The notes beneath the pieces are model-generated. The model was not told where the DNA came from. It ran no database searches and saw nothing but the letters and a program-made list of their open reading frames with translations. Positions 8,786 to 18,519 of a DNA stretch of 64,000 nucleotides are shown piece by piece. The stretch comes from an uncultured Thermomicrobiales bacterium (GTDB lineage: Bacteria; Chloroflexota; Chloroflexia; Thermomicrobiales; CFX8): assembly GCA_964462545.1 (NCBI GenBank), contig CAYWXR010000008.1:57814-121813 (forward strand). Direction: 5' to 3'. The first letter of the stretch is position 1. Every line of letters starts with the position of its first letter. Made by a program: the position numbers and the translations under genes.

Positions 8786-9889
8786 CTACACGACGATCTC
8801 GCCATCCTTCATGAACAGTTGGCCGTCGGCGGTAGCCTGGCCGCCCTGGCGGAGGTCGCAGATCATGTCCCAGTGGATGGCAGACTGGTTCTGGCTGCCG
8901 CTGTCGGGGTAGCCGGCACCAATGGCCATGTGGATTGTGCCGCCGATCTTCTCATCGAAGAGGATGTTGCGGGTGAACTTCTGGATGCCCATGTTCGTGC
9001 CGAATGCGAACTCACCGAGGCGGCGGGCTCCTTCGTCGGCGTCGAGCATCTGCTCGAGGTAGTCCTGATTCTTGGCGGCGGTTGCCTTGACCACCTTGCC
9101 ACCCTCAAACCAGAGCTGGATATCCTCAACTTCCCGGCCCTGAACACTGCTTGGATAGGTGAACCGGACGGTTCCCTCAACCGAATCCTCGACCGGGCCG
9201 GTGAAAAGTTCACCATCCGGGAAGTTGCGTTTGCCATCGGCGTTGATCCAGGTGCGGCCGGCAACCGAGAGCTTGAGATCAGTATCCGGGCCGGTCAGGT
9301 GAATCTCGCTCTTGTCAGACAACCAGTCGATCAACCGCTGGTGTTCAGCGGAGACTCCCCGCCAGTGAGCAACCGGGTCTTCCAGATCAAGCCGGCAGGC
9401 ATTGAAGACAAACTCGGTGTAATCATCCAGCGACATTTCGGCATCCTGGGCGTAGGCGTTGGTCGGGAAGAGCGTCACACACCACTTGAGGCTGTCTTCC
9501 GCCGAACGCTGGAGGTATTTGGCCATGATGTCGCGCCGGGCTGTCTGGGCGAGGCGCTGCTTGTTGGGATCGGCACCGGAAAGTGCCTTGGTGTTCTCCT
9601 CGGAAAGGACGTTCAGTACAGCGTCGGCCTCATCGACGACGAGGCGGTCACGGCTGGTCAGCCGGGTAAGTTGGGATTCGTTGCCGTGAGTGAACATGAT
9701 CTCCTGAATACCGGGCAGACTGACATTCACCAGCGGATGCGCTCCCAGTTCAATGATCTTCCGGTAGGCGCTTACCAGGAGCGGCTGGGCAAGCGGGCTG
9801 CCCTGCAACACCACCACCTGGTCTGGCTGGACTTCCAGTGAATAGTTCACCAGCACATCAGCAAGCTTCTCGATTCGTGAATCAGCCAA
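8786..9889 (-). CDS. Aminopeptidase, M29 (AmpS/AmpT thermophilic metalloprotease) family
   Basis: LADVLVNYSLEVQP, WCVTLFPT, NFPDGELFTGP, GARRLGEFAFGTN, LFDEKIGGTIHMAIG, SAIHWDM. Confidence 0.92.
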   Translation of the reverse strand: MADSRIEKLADVLVNYSLEVQPDQVVVLQGSPLAQPLLVSAYRKIIELGAHPLVNVSLPGIQEIMFTHGNESQLTRLTSRDRLVVDEADAVLNVLSEENTKALSGADPNKQRLAQTARRDIMAKYLQRSAEDSLKWCVTLFPTNAYAQDAEMSLDDYTEFVFNACRLDLEDPVAHWRGVSAEHQRLIDWLSDKSEIHLTGPDTDLKLSVAGRTWINADGKRNFPDGELFTGPVEDSVEGTVRFTYPSSVQGREVEDIQLWFEGGKVVKATAAKNQDYLEQMLDADEGARRLGEFAFGTNMGIQKFTRNILFDEKIGGTIHMAIGAGYPDSGSQNQSAIHWDMICDLRQGGQATADGQLFMKDGEIVV

Positions 9890-10002
9890 CCCCGGTCCCC
9901 TTCCTCGAATGCCGTCGCATTTCAACCGCACAAGGATACTCCGGGCAACAAAACAGGGAGTGCCATGCGACACTCCCTGAAGAATCCGGTTTCAGTTGCC
10001 GA

Positions 10003-11814
10003 TCAATCGACCAGATAGGCTTTCGGTGTTTCGGCCTCAATGAACTGGTAATACTCGACGATGGTCTTGTTGTTGCCACTTAACTTGTAACTATCGGCGA
10101 TGAACTGTCCCTCAAATACTTTGCCGTTACTAAATCCGGACATGACAACCGGGGACGATGGCAGATAGACAATGCCGCGGCTGATGGCAGAGGTGTAGCC
10201 GGTCCATTCAAACTCGGCAGTGTTATCGCGATCCGAATAGACAAACACCCCCGGAACATACCCCGGATAGATCTCGGTGGTTGGCGCGGTGAAGGCAAAG
10301 CCGGACATGCCATTCGAGCGCATGAATCCACCGTTCTTGTAGTAGAAGAACACGTTGGATGCCCGGATCTTCGAACTACCGGAAGCGGTGAAACTGCCAC
10401 GGTCGAAGTAGTATTGGCCGCTCGGCATCACCATATCGCTATCGCCGGACATTGAAAGATTGGCGAAGTTGTTCTCAGTGCCGTAGAAGTACATCCTCGC
10501 GTAGGCTCCAGGATCGGAGGTAATCCGGGCGCTGCCACTGAAGGTAAAATCTGCTCCGTTCAGGAACCAGAACTCGTAGTTCCCCGGCGCAAAATGCAGC
10601 GTCGAGTTTCCTGAGAAGTTGATTCCAGTACCCCCATCAAAGACATAAACGCCGGGATAGAGCGTAACAGCGTTGTAACCGCCGGCAGTGATTCCTCCCC
10701 CTCCATGGAAGTAGAAGTTTCCGCCGATATGGTTGCCGTATGAGTTACCGCCAATATTGATCCTCGCACCGCCGGTAAACGAGTAATTGCCGGTGCGCAT
10801 GTCGAGCGTGGTGGGATACCCGTTCAGGTTGATGCCCTGACCACCATTGAAGTTCCAGGTACCGCCGTTCAGGTAGACAACCTGGTCCTGATACCCAAGA
10901 TTCAGACCGCCGCCGTTGAATCGCCAGTTCCCGCTCGGGAAGGTGAACGGTCCCTCATTTCGGCCAGTCACCGTGTAAGTACAGTTGTTGTAGGTGCCCG
11001 GCGTTGCGGTTGTGATGTAAACACCGGATGCCTCATACCATCCCGGATAGCTTGGACAGTTGTTAACAGTTGCAGGGTTCACGTTTGGAATTGTGTTCCC
11101 TGGCGACGAAGGCAAAACCGGTGGTTGCAGCATTTCCGCGAGCGGGTCCTCAACTTCGGCTGCACTCGGGTTCACTGTTGGTGCGTTTGTGATCACGGTG
11201 CCCGATCGCAAAATACCGTCATTGGCATTGATCTGATGGCTGGAAATAAGCGTGGTGTAGCCACTGCCATTGATGTTGTAGTTGGAAACGATGCTGCCGC
11301 CCTGCGCTTCCAGATACGTTGATCCACCGGTCTGGATACCACCGGAATCCGGATTCAACGCCAGAATCGCTGCATCCATGACGACTGCCTCAACAACGGC
11401 AACTGCCCGGGCCTGGACCTCCCACGGACCCTGATAGATAGCCCCGAGGAAGTAGCGTTCAACTTCCTTGGTAACCACCACCTCGATATAGGAACTATCA
11501 CCTGCAAATCGCCCCTGGGTCGGCGGCTGGTTCACCTGGACATTCGCCAGCGGCACATCGGCATTCATGGCGCCATAGGCGCGGCCGGCGCTGACCGGAG
11601 AGAGACTCGCAAGGGTGGCGTTGGCAGCAGCCAGCGCACCGGCATCTGCTGCTGATTGCACCTGCCGGCGTTCGGCAAGCAACATGCCAACATCAACGGC
11701 GAGTGCCAGCATTCCCACCAGCACCAACGAAGCAAGTGCAAAGATGATGATGACCTGACCGCGTAGTCCCTCGCGGCGCTCAACAGACTGTTGTTGACGT
11801 TGCACGGCTTCCAT
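10003..11814 (-). CDS. tadG: TadG-like pilus-associated protein with long Gly/Asn-rich beta-solenoid repeats
   Basis: RG|QVIIIFAL...LALAVDVG..LAERRQVQSAADAGALAAA; repeats of G.Y/W.F.GG..I...G; C-terminal GIVYLPSSPV...GQFIAD. Confidence 0.8.
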   Translation of the reverse strand: MEAVQRQQQSVERREGLRGQVIIIFALASLVLVGMLALAVDVGMLLAERRQVQSAADAGALAAANATLASLSPVSAGRAYGAMNADVPLANVQVNQPPTQGRFAGDSSYIEVVVTKEVERYFLGAIYQGPWEVQARAVAVVEAVVMDAAILALNPDSGGIQTGGSTYLEAQGGSIVSNYNINGSGYTTLISSHQINANDGILRSGTVITNAPTVNPSAAEVEDPLAEMLQPPVLPSSPGNTIPNVNPATVNNCPSYPGWYEASGVYITTATPGTYNNCTYTVTGRNEGPFTFPSGNWRFNGGGLNLGYQDQVVYLNGGTWNFNGGQGINLNGYPTTLDMRTGNYSFTGGARINIGGNSYGNHIGGNFYFHGGGGITAGGYNAVTLYPGVYVFDGGTGINFSGNSTLHFAPGNYEFWFLNGADFTFSGSARITSDPGAYARMYFYGTENNFANLSMSGDSDMVMPSGQYYFDRGSFTASGSSKIRASNVFFYYKNGGFMRSNGMSGFAFTAPTTEIYPGYVPGVFVYSDRDNTAEFEWTGYTSAISRGIVYLPSSPVVMSGFSNGKVFEGQFIADSYKLSGNNKTIVEYYQFIEAETPKAYLVD

Positions 11815-12146
11815 CCCTGCCTCCGGCCCGGATGCACTACAGGACGGGTCGCAGACTGCGCCCGTCTACATCAGTCTATGGACAGGATGGCTATGCTCAC
11901 CAGACCTGTTAGTACCGGAACTGACAGGGCCTGCGTACTGACAATTCGCCCAAACCTAGCTTTTCGCCAGCACCGATAATGCCCGGGACCAATGGACCTG
12001 TCGATAGCCCCGAAAAAACCTCCAGAATGCAGGAAACTACGGGCCGTGGGACGGAAACGTGACTATGGTCATCTCCCGGTCCCGGTTGGCTGATAGGACA
12101 ATGGTTCGGGACGATTCCGGTCGTTGCAGGAAGGGATACCGGCAGC

Positions 12147-12608
12147 ATGCTCCTCAGGAGCGTTCGCAACGCCATCACACAACACAGTTCCGGAACCCTG
12201 CGCAGCAAGTCGCGTGGGCAGAGCATCGTCGAGCTCGCGTTTGTTACGCCGCTCCTGCTGCTGATGCTCGTCATTGCCGGGGACCTGGGCCGCGCCTATA
12301 CCGCCTATCTCACCGTTGGCAGTGCCGCCGGAGCGGGAGCCTCCTACGCCATCATCTCCGAAGATTTCGCCAACGATGCCGCTGCGATTGAAGCAGTCGC
12401 CCTGGCCGATGCCGGCACCATCTGGGGCGGCACGCCGACAGTAACCGTGAACAACGACCCCGGCAACATCGACCCAACCTTCAACTTTCGCTGGGTTGAG
12501 GTAACCGTCACCTACGAGTTTTCGCCTGTGTTCCGTTTCTGGCCAATTCCGTCTTCCATCCCGATGGAACGTACGGTGCGCATGCCGGTGCTTGGAACAG
12601 GAGGGTAA
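12147..12608 (+). CDS. tadE: TadE family pseudopilin
   Basis: KSRG|QSIVELAFVTPLLLLML...DLGR...AAGAGA; VEVTVTYEF. Confidence 0.88.
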   Translation: MLLRSVRNAITQHSSGTLRSKSRGQSIVELAFVTPLLLLMLVIAGDLGRAYTAYLTVGSAAGAGASYAIISEDFANDAAAIEAVALADAGTIWGGTPTVTVNNDPGNIDPTFNFRWVEVTVTYEFSPVFRFWPIPSSIPMERTVRMPVLGTGG

Positions 12609-12614
12609 CGAACG

Positions 12615-13028
12615 ATGTTCCGCCCTGCCTACCGGAAGAAGTCTCGCGGCCAGGGGATGCTGGAATTTGCCATTGTTGGCCCGATCTTCTTTCTGATGCT
12701 CTTCGGTGTCATTGAACTGGGCCGGGCGATGTTTGTTACCCACCAGGTTGCCAATGGCGCCCGTGAAGGCGCACGCTGGGCGATGGTGCGTGGTGAGCTT
12801 TCCGGTGAGGCGATTGACGAATCAGATGTCCGCGACATCGTGCTGGAACGTACCAGCGGTCTCGACCCGGATGAACTGACCGTCAACGCAGACTGGCCGA
12901 ACGGCATCGCGATTGGCAGTGTCGTCTCGGTCACTGTGACCTACAACTACACTCCCCTGATCAGCAATTTCTTCAGTACCGGATCCTTCACCATCACGCG
13001 TACCAGCGAGATGGCCATTCAATACTGA
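12615..13028 (+). CDS. tadE: TadE family pseudopilin
   Basis: KSRG|QGMLEFAIVGPIFFLMLFGVIELGR...AREGARWA; VSVTVTYNY. Confidence 0.9.
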   Translation: MFRPAYRKKSRGQGMLEFAIVGPIFFLMLFGVIELGRAMFVTHQVANGAREGARWAMVRGELSGEAIDESDVRDIVLERTSGLDPDELTVNADWPNGIAIGSVVSVTVTYNYTPLISNFFSTGSFTITRTSEMAIQY

Positions 13029-13168
13029 CAACACATTCTTTCCGGTACATTTCGTCACATTCAAATCAGCGATGACCGGGCATACAAAAGCCGTTGTATC
13101 GGGTACGCTAGGCCTGTCTGGCGGAGACCCGGAGATTGGTACCGTACAAGGAAGGTGAGGTTCAACCG

Positions 13169-13933
13169 GTGAACATCGTGCGCTATCGGGCCAATGGTGA
13201 GGTTCATGTTGGAGTCATTGAAGACGGCCAGGTCCGTCAGGCGCAGGGCAGCATGTTTGACCGCCTGCAGATCGGTCCCGTCGTCGGGCCCGTCGAAGAA
13301 GTGGAACTACTCGCCCCCGTCGAACCGGGCAAACTGATCGCCATCGGTCTCAACTATCAGGACCACATCGACGAAGACGCCTTCGACTTCGCCCAACCGG
13401 AGAACCCGATTATCTTCCTGAAGCCACCATCCTCGATTGTCGGCCACAACGCAAACATCGTCCTGCCGCCAGGTGCCGAGAAGGTTGATGCAGAAGCAGA
13501 ACTTTGTGTCGTCATCGGCAAGAAGTGCCGCCATGTCAAGGCAGAAGATGCCTACGATGTGATTCTCGGGTTCACCAACGGTAACGATGTTTCCGCCCGC
13601 GACTACCAGTTCAAGGACGGCCAGTGGGTTCGCGCCAAGGGGTTCGACACCTTTGCCCCGCTCGGGCCGGCTATTGTCACCGGCATCCGGGCAGATGACC
13701 TGACCATTGTTTCCCGGGTGAACGGGGAAACCCGGCAGTCCTCATCCACCCGCCACCTGATCTTCGATGTGCCCTATCTCATCGAGTTCATCAGCAACGT
13801 CATGACCCTGGAACCGGGCGATGTCATCATGACCGGCACTCCGGCCGGCCCGCCGCAACTCAACGACGGCGATATCTGCGAGATCGAAATCGCCGGACTG
13901 GGAACCCTCCGGAACCCGGTCGTGGCTGGTTAG
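13169..13933 (+). CDS. Fumarylacetoacetate hydrolase family protein
   Basis: KLIAIGLNYQDH, IFLKPPSS, EAELCVVIGK, NDVSARD, QWVRAKGFDTFAPLGP, TLEPGDVIMTGTP. Confidence 0.92.
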   Translation: MNIVRYRANGEVHVGVIEDGQVRQAQGSMFDRLQIGPVVGPVEEVELLAPVEPGKLIAIGLNYQDHIDEDAFDFAQPENPIIFLKPPSSIVGHNANIVLPPGAEKVDAEAELCVVIGKKCRHVKAEDAYDVILGFTNGNDVSARDYQFKDGQWVRAKGFDTFAPLGPAIVTGIRADDLTIVSRVNGETRQSSSTRHLIFDVPYLIEFISNVMTLEPGDVIMTGTPAGPPQLNDGDICEIEIAGLGTLRNPVVAG

Positions 13934-13942
13934 TATCACCTA

Positions 13943-13977
13943 TCAGGAGGGTCGCTCCACCGGAACGCCCCTCCTGA
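13943..13977 (+). terminator. Stem-loop after the FAH gene
   Basis: TCAGGAGG...CCTCCTGA inverted repeat, without a U tract. Confidence 0.4.
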
Positions 13978-14135
13978 ACACTCCAAACCAAATCCACGTA
14001 CCAAACATCCATACCGACCACGACAAACCATCCTGTGCCGACCTGTCACCTTGCCGGAGTCGGGAGTGGTTCGTACACTCACTGGGTTATAGTCCTGTGT
14101 TTTCTGTGGGTGAAGTGGTAACGGGTACTCAACGG

Positions 14136-15116
14136 GTGACAAACTCCGGAAGATTCGGACGGCTTATTCTGGCGCTGGTGCTGCTTGCCGGCGTCATGCT
14201 TTCGACAGTGCCGGCGCAAGCTCAACCCGAGGCACCGCTCACCAACGCCGAAAACATCATCATCCTGTCCGATTTCAACGAAGTTCTCTACGAGCGCAAC
14301 GCCTATCAGCGCATTCCGCTTGCATCCCTCACCAAGCTCATGACAGCAGTCGTGGTAATGCGCCACAGCAGCATAGATACCTGGACCACCATTGTTGAGG
14401 ATGACCTCATCGGTGAGGCAACCATGGGCCTGGTCGCCGGCGACGACCTGACGCTGGGAGACCTGCTCTACGGCCTGCTCATTTCTTCCGGCAATGATGC
14501 AGCGATGGCTATCGCGCGCACGGTTGGCTGGCAACCGGGAGACACCTCCCACAGCCAGTCGGTGCAGCGGTTCGTCGACCTGATGAACCAGACGGCACGG
14601 GAGATCGGTCTGCGCGACACCCATTTCATGAATCCGCACGGGCTGGACGAGCCATATCACTACTCGACCGCTCATGACGTTGCCATCATGCTCCGGGCAG
14701 CCCTGAACTACCCGGAACTCCGGGTACGCATGACCACACCGGCTATCCGGGTTGGCCCGTACTACGACCTGTGGTCAAACAACCAGTTGCTGCAATACCG
14801 TGGCGACTACCTCGGCGGCAAGACCGGCCTGACCGACGGTGCGGGGTTCTGCCTGGCGGCTGCCGCCCGTTCCGATGGCCGGATGGTCATCGCTGTCGCA
14901 ATGCGTGACGACTGGAACTGGTGGGACGATGTCGATGCGCTCCTCGACTACGGGCTGGAACTCGCCCACGAACGTGGCATCCCGGCCTATGCGTCTCCTG
15001 ACCTGGTTGGCAGCCAACTCGACCAACCGCGTAATGTCCGCCTGACCGCCCTCCAGCCCACCACCGACGACGAGCCCTTCATCGGCCCCGTCCTCCCCGG
15101 CCACGGGGGGCGATAG
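14136..15116 (+). CDS. D-alanyl-D-alanine carboxypeptidase (peptidase S11)
   Basis: Signal peptide; ASLTK (SxxK), SGNDAA (SxN), HFMNPHGL, GGKTG (KTG). Confidence 0.9.
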   Translation: MTNSGRFGRLILALVLLAGVMLSTVPAQAQPEAPLTNAENIIILSDFNEVLYERNAYQRIPLASLTKLMTAVVVMRHSSIDTWTTIVEDDLIGEATMGLVAGDDLTLGDLLYGLLISSGNDAAMAIARTVGWQPGDTSHSQSVQRFVDLMNQTAREIGLRDTHFMNPHGLDEPYHYSTAHDVAIMLRAALNYPELRVRMTTPAIRVGPYYDLWSNNQLLQYRGDYLGGKTGLTDGAGFCLAAAARSDGRMVIAVAMRDDWNWWDDVDALLDYGLELAHERGIPAYASPDLVGSQLDQPRNVRLTALQPTTDDEPFIGPVLPGHGGR

Positions 15117-15371
15117 GCCCGGAGTTCCCGTCACAGGAACGTCCACAGGATTTCAAATCAGCACAACACTGTCGCCGGATATGGAAGCTCCGGCCCGTCT
15201 TGTCATGATCGCCGTAGAAACCCGTGGATTTGATGGTGAGATGACTGCCGCGGGAGCGCCAGACCTGTTCGCAATGTATGCCCGGTTTGTGGAGCCGGCC
15301 ACATGGCACCGGGTGGTCCGGAGCCATGTGGCGAGGCGGTTATCGGCCGCCCGTGAGGGGCGGCCATTGGG

Positions 15372-16817
15372 TCAGGCAGAAACCCCGAGGTAACTTCGCA
15401 GGAAGTAGATGATGAACGCCACACTGACGACGTACATCGCGGGGTGAATTTCGTTGAACTTGCCTCTGAAGATCTTGATGGCAGTCCAGACAATGAAGCC
15501 GGCACCAATACCGTTGGTGATGTTGTAGGTGAACGGCATCATGATCATGGTCACCAGCACCGGCAGACCGGTTTCGATGTTGGTGAAATCAACACCTTCA
15601 GACTTCACTATGCGGCCGTCGGACGTCACCGTCTCACGATCGGAGAGAACGCTGGTCATCATCCAGCCAACAACAATCAGTGCCGGTGCGGTTGCCGAGG
15701 TCGGAACAACCTCCACCAGCGGGGTGAACGGCATTGCCAACAGGAAGAGCACACCGGCGACAATTCCCACCAGTCCGGTGCGGCCCCCCTGACCAACGCC
15801 GGCGGCAGACTCGATATAGGTCGTTGCCGATGAGGAACTGGCAGCACCACCGGCCACAGCAGAGAGCGAGTCAACCAGCAGCGCCCGGTTGGCGTCCGGC
15901 AATTCGCCCTTCTCGTTGAGGTAGCCTGCCTGGCTGCCAACACCGACAAGCGTTCCCATGGTGTCGAAGAAGTCCGCCAGCATGATGGCGAGAATGGTCA
16001 GGATTGCGACCGTCAACCCCATTTCAGCAAAGAAGTTGAACGAAAAATCGCCGATTGTGCTGAAGTCCGGGGTCGCAACGATCGAACCCGGCATCTTTGC
16101 CTGGCCGGGAACAAACTGTCCCGTATCGGCGATCGCCTCGACGATGATGGCGAACACCGTTGAAACCAGAATACCGATCAGAATGGCCGCCTTGGTGCTT
16201 CGTGAAAGCAACGCCAGCGTTACGGCCAGACCAACAACCGTCACCAGCACCGGAGCCCCTCGCAGATCGCCCAGTGCGATCATCGTGCCCGGATCGGCAA
16301 CAACAATTCCGCCATTAACCAGACCGATAAAGAGGATGAAGAGTCCGATACCAACCGAGATACCTTGCTTGAGTTCCAGCGGCACCGCATCCATCACATA
16401 CTTGCGGACGCCGAAGATCACCAGCAGGGTGATCAGAATACCCTGGGCGACGATAACGCCCATTGCCTCCGGATAGGTCAACCCCTCCTGACCAACCAGA
16501 GTGAACGCAACAATCGCATTGAGACCCATGCCGGGCGCAATTGCGTAGGCCTTGTTGGTTACCAGCGCCATGATGATGGTCATGATGCCGGCCACCAGAC
16601 AGGTTGCTGTGGTCGTAGCTGAAATCGCCAGACCCTGTCCATTCGCGTCCGGCGTCGACAGAATGATCGGGTTCACAAAGATGATGTAGGACATGACCAC
16701 GAAGGTAGTCAGGCCCGCCAGCACCTCGGTTCGAACGTTCGTTCCGGCTTCCTTCAGTTTGAAGAAGCCCTCGAGGAATGCATCTGCACCAGTCGGTCTC
16801 GCCGTCTTTTGGGCCAA
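15372..16817 (-). CDS. NCS2/AzgA-family purine permease
   Basis: GTNVRTEVLAGLTTF, APGMGLNA, DFFDTMGTL, TTYIESAAGVGQGGRTG, PFTYNITNGIG. Confidence 0.9.
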   Translation of the reverse strand: MAQKTARPTGADAFLEGFFKLKEAGTNVRTEVLAGLTTFVVMSYIIFVNPIILSTPDANGQGLAISATTTATCLVAGIMTIIMALVTNKAYAIAPGMGLNAIVAFTLVGQEGLTYPEAMGVIVAQGILITLLVIFGVRKYVMDAVPLELKQGISVGIGLFILFIGLVNGGIVVADPGTMIALGDLRGAPVLVTVVGLAVTLALLSRSTKAAILIGILVSTVFAIIVEAIADTGQFVPGQAKMPGSIVATPDFSTIGDFSFNFFAEMGLTVAILTILAIMLADFFDTMGTLVGVGSQAGYLNEKGELPDANRALLVDSLSAVAGGAASSSSATTYIESAAGVGQGGRTGLVGIVAGVLFLLAMPFTPLVEVVPTSATAPALIVVGWMMTSVLSDRETVTSDGRIVKSEGVDFTNIETGLPVLVTMIMMPFTYNITNGIGAGFIVWTAIKIFRGKFNEIHPAMYVVSVAFIIYFLRSYLGVSA

Positions 16818-17019
16818 ACGGTCCTCCCCTCGATACCTATGGCCACGTTATCCGTGACAACTGCACACACCACCCCCTTGGAAGACACCTCTCCTTTCCG
16901 CCTGTTTGTCCCTGATCATGGCGTTAGACTAAACGAACCCGCGCCTTCTGTCGACTTATTCAACCTGCAACCTTGCCATTCCGGCAACAACCCGTATCCA
17001 TGTGCCAGAACAGCGTTTG

Positions 17020-18381
17020 CTACCGGTAAAGAAGGCTCCGTTCAAACGCGGGGGTTTGGGCCAACCCAAGCGCTTCCCGGGCCTCGGCAACGACATACAA
17101 CGACCCGGTAATACAGACCATGCCGTCTGCCCCTGCTTCCTCGCGCGCGATGGCGATAGCGTCACTGGTGGCTTCTGTTGCGCTGGCCTGCAAGCCGGCC
17201 TCTGTCGCGAGGCGAACAATCTCTGCAGGTTCAACGGCACGCGGATTGTGCGAAGCGGTCGCAACTACATTCGCATCCAGACGGGCGAGCACCGAGATCA
17301 TCCCGGCGAGGTCCTTGTCACGCGCAACGCCCAACACCACGACCAGGTTCCGGCCCTGACGCCGCTCATCAAGTGTTTCCACCAGACGCTCAATCGAATC
17401 AACGTTGTGGGCGCCATCCACGATGATCTCCGGGTCAACAGCAATCCGCTCAAACCGGCCCGGCCAGACCACCGAGCGTAGGCCTTCGCGCACAACTGCC
17501 TCGTTGCCGGCCAGTTCCTGGTCCAGTTGCCAGCACGCCATCAGTGCCAGCCCTGCATTTTCCACCTGATGCCGGCCTGCCAATGCAATCTCGACCTCAA
17601 CCAGGTCTCCCCAGGGTCCGGCCAGTCGTACACGCTCACCTGCTTCGGATGTCCAGTCCCTGCCGGCGATAAACAGCGGTGCGCCGTGTTCGTTGGCAGT
17701 CCTGGCTACAACCGCAGCAGCATCAGGGTGCTGGGCTGCCGAGACGACGGGTTTGCCGGGTTTGATAATGCCGGCCTTTTCGCCAGCAATTTCCGCCAGA
17801 CTGTTCCCGAGAATTGCCCCGTGGTCGAGCGAGATGCTGGCAATCACCGCAACATCCGGCGTCACGACGTTGGTGGCATCCAGACGTCCCCCCATGCCAA
17901 CCTCGACCACTGCAAGGTCAACGCCGGCTTCGGCAAAACCGAGCAGGGCCATGGCGGTCACAATCTCGAATGCGGTCGGTGGGCCGATCTCCGGTTCCTC
18001 CCGCACCAGGCGCTCACATGCCTCAGCCATCTGTTCGGTCAATGCTGCGAACTGTTCCTCGGAAACGGGCACACCATCCAGAAGAATCCGCTCGCGAAAC
18101 GTGTGCAGATGTGGCGTGGCATATACCCCGGTTTTCCAGCCATTCGCCTGCCCGATGGCAGCGATCATGGCGCTGGTCGATCCCTTGCCCTTGGTGCCGG
18201 CGACGTGGGCAATCCTGTACTTCCGGTCGGGTCGTCCAAGCCGCTCCAGCAGTCCTTCAGTCCGTTTCAGGCCGAGGGCGATTTCCTCATCCTCCAGAAA
18301 CGGGTTGGCCACAAACCCTTTCTCATATCCATCTCGATCGATGATGTATGTAATGGCTTCTTCGTAGTTCATCCTTGCCAC
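17020..18381 (-). CDS. folC: Folylpolyglutamate/dihydrofolate synthase
   Basis: HVAGTKGKGST, TPHLHTFRERI, EVGMGGRLDATNV, EKAGIIK, WPGRFE, DGAHN, TGSLYVVAE. Confidence 0.93.
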   Translation of the reverse strand: MARMNYEEAITYIIDRDGYEKGFVANPFLEDEEIALGLKRTEGLLERLGRPDRKYRIAHVAGTKGKGSTSAMIAAIGQANGWKTGVYATPHLHTFRERILLDGVPVSEEQFAALTEQMAEACERLVREEPEIGPPTAFEIVTAMALLGFAEAGVDLAVVEVGMGGRLDATNVVTPDVAVIASISLDHGAILGNSLAEIAGEKAGIIKPGKPVVSAAQHPDAAAVVARTANEHGAPLFIAGRDWTSEAGERVRLAGPWGDLVEVEIALAGRHQVENAGLALMACWQLDQELAGNEAVVREGLRSVVWPGRFERIAVDPEIIVDGAHNVDSIERLVETLDERRQGRNLVVVLGVARDKDLAGMISVLARLDANVVATASHNPRAVEPAEIVRLATEAGLQASATEATSDAIAIAREEAGADGMVCITGSLYVVAEAREALGLAQTPAFERSLLYR

Positions 18382-18519
18382 CTTTTATGTCATCCCCGAC
18401 CGGCAACGCCGGTAGTGCAATGCCCAGTGTAATCCTTCGTATGCCAAATCCGGGGATGTTCCAGCCGCGTGCTATTCTGACAACACTGCGGAAATCTTCA
18501 ACATGCTGACGGAATCTCG

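Noticed and set aside
8819-9841. 340-aa plus-strand ORF (likewise 7406..8287, 17527..18432, 32626..33864, 51147..52274, 53184..54467, 55618..56676)
   Set aside because: Antisense shadows of well-supported genes, typical of high-GC codon bias, with no motifs of their own
12028-12075. c-di-GMP-I riboswitch-like string AGGAAACTAC...GTGGGACGGAAAC upstream of tadE
   Set aside because: Lacks the GNRA tetraloop and a convincing P3/receptor; an Infernal RF01051 search would settle it
16818-17019. Purine riboswitch upstream of the NCS2 permease
   Set aside because: No UAUAAU...AUAUGG...GUUUCUACC...CCGUAAA pattern on the minus strand
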